Position numbers and translations under genes: made by a program | Part shown: positions 63,264 through 64,000 of the stretch, piece after piece | How positions within the stretch are numbered: position 1 is the stretch's first letter | Layout: every line of letters begins with the position of its first letter | The notes under the pieces: generated by a model | Told to the model about the DNA's origin: nothing | Database searches by the model: none | Seen by the model: the letters and a program-made list of their open reading frames with translations, nothing else | From: a virus | IMG/VR virus record: IMGVR_UViG_3300036785_000296 | Location: 1-64,000 of that record | DNA: 64,000 bases | Direction: 5' to 3' (one strand)

Positions 63264-63803
63264 ATGGCCCGTAGAGCAGCAGGCTCCCGCAACCACCCCG
63301 TCCAGGCCGACCTCGCAGGCGCGCTCGGCGACGGCACCTCCGAAGTCGAGGAGCTGAAGAACGAGATGGAGGAGTGGGCCGAGAGCCTGGAGAGCAACAG
63401 CATGGAGCATCTCCCGAAGTACGACGAGGTGACCGAGGCCAAGGACGCGCTCGAAGCCGGGCTCGACACCCTCCAGGGCATCGAGGTCCCCGAGTTCTTG
63501 GAGAGCATCGACGCCAGCTACACCCAGGACACCCGGCGCAAGGCCCAGTCCCGCTCCTACCGCCTGGGCAACGCCACCAACGCCATCGAGGCCGCCAAGG
63601 ACGCGGCCAACTCCTGGCTGGAGGAGAACGACGAGCTTGAGCTGATGTCCGACGCCGACGCCATCGAGGATGGGGCCGAAGAGGTGACCCAGGAGATGGT
63701 GGACGAGCGCCGCTCGCAGCGCGACGACGCCGAGCAGTTCGCCAGCGAGGTCGAGAACGCGCTCGGCGAACTGGAGAACGTCAGCTTCCCGAGCATGTAC
63801 TGA
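63264..63803 (+). CDS. Highly acidic helical protein
   Basis: Dense Glu/Asp content; AAAGGA RBS. Confidence 0.75.
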   Translation: MARRAAGSRNHPVQADLAGALGDGTSEVEELKNEMEEWAESLESNSMEHLPKYDEVTEAKDALEAGLDTLQGIEVPEFLESIDASYTQDTRRKAQSRSYRLGNATNAIEAAKDAANSWLEENDELELMSDADAIEDGAEEVTQEMVDERRSQRDDAEQFASEVENALGELENVSFPSMY

Positions 63804-64000
63804 TGAACGAGCAAGCCATCGCCTCGATCCGCGAGTACCTCGAAGCCCTGGAGTCGCTGGCGGCCAAGTACCTGCGCTCCGGCGCCCAGTCGCCGCACCG
63901 CTTCCTGCTGGATCAGGGGCGCGCCTTCCGGGTTGGGTCTAATACCTACAAGGGTCGGCGCGACGCCCCGAAGGAGTGCTACAGCAACGCTGGCAGGCGC
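63803..64000 (+). CDS. Hypothetical protein (partial, runs off right edge)
   Basis: TGATG-coupled; ...PKECYSNA. Confidence 0.6.
   Translation, partial: MNEQAIASIREYLEALESLAAKYLRSGAQSPHRFLLDQGRAFRVGSNTYKGRRDAPKECYSNAGRR

Noticed and set aside
1-64000. tRNA genes, CtrA boxes, diversity-generating retroelement, lysis cassette
   Set aside because: No cloverleaf, TTAA-N7-TTAA site, reverse transcriptase or endolysin motif recognised by eye; automated scans would be needed to exclude them

Overview
The whole window is a GC-rich tailed-phage genome segment: a myovirus with a Bcep781/PB1/Aaphi23-style morphogenesis set (DUF1073 portal, DUF2213 protease/scaffold, DUF2184 capsid, DUF3383 sheath, baseplate J/DUF2612). 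The host is probably an alphaproteobacterium (Caulobacterales-like), because the phage carries GcrA-like and GapR-like genes. Layout: (i) 1-13528, mostly minus strand: helicase, primase-like protein, terS, terL, about 8 kb of small accessory genes (ParB-like, Acb2-like, Pro-rich protein, structured RNA), then the 5' end of the portal; (ii) 14143-30196, mostly plus strand: regulators, SMC-like ATPase/RecE-like exonuclease/Sak4-like recombinase, hypotheticals and a secreted low-complexity cassette, with an inverted GapR-RMF/HNH/RuvC/GcrA operon; (iii) 30171-58234, minus strand: virion genes with several free-standing homing endonucleases; (iv) 58383-64000, plus strand: early cassettes, each behind a repeated sigma70 promoter and GGA-loop hairpin leader. 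No DNA polymerase, integrase, recognisable endolysin, tRNA or CRISPR array was seen. The best leads are an Acb2-like nucleotide sponge, a host cell-cycle/translation takeover operon, a two-gene secreted fibre/amyloid-like cassette, the repeated GGA-loop leader with a GATATC promoter motif, and several candidate sRNAs. All family assignments are by motif recognition from memory, not database searches.
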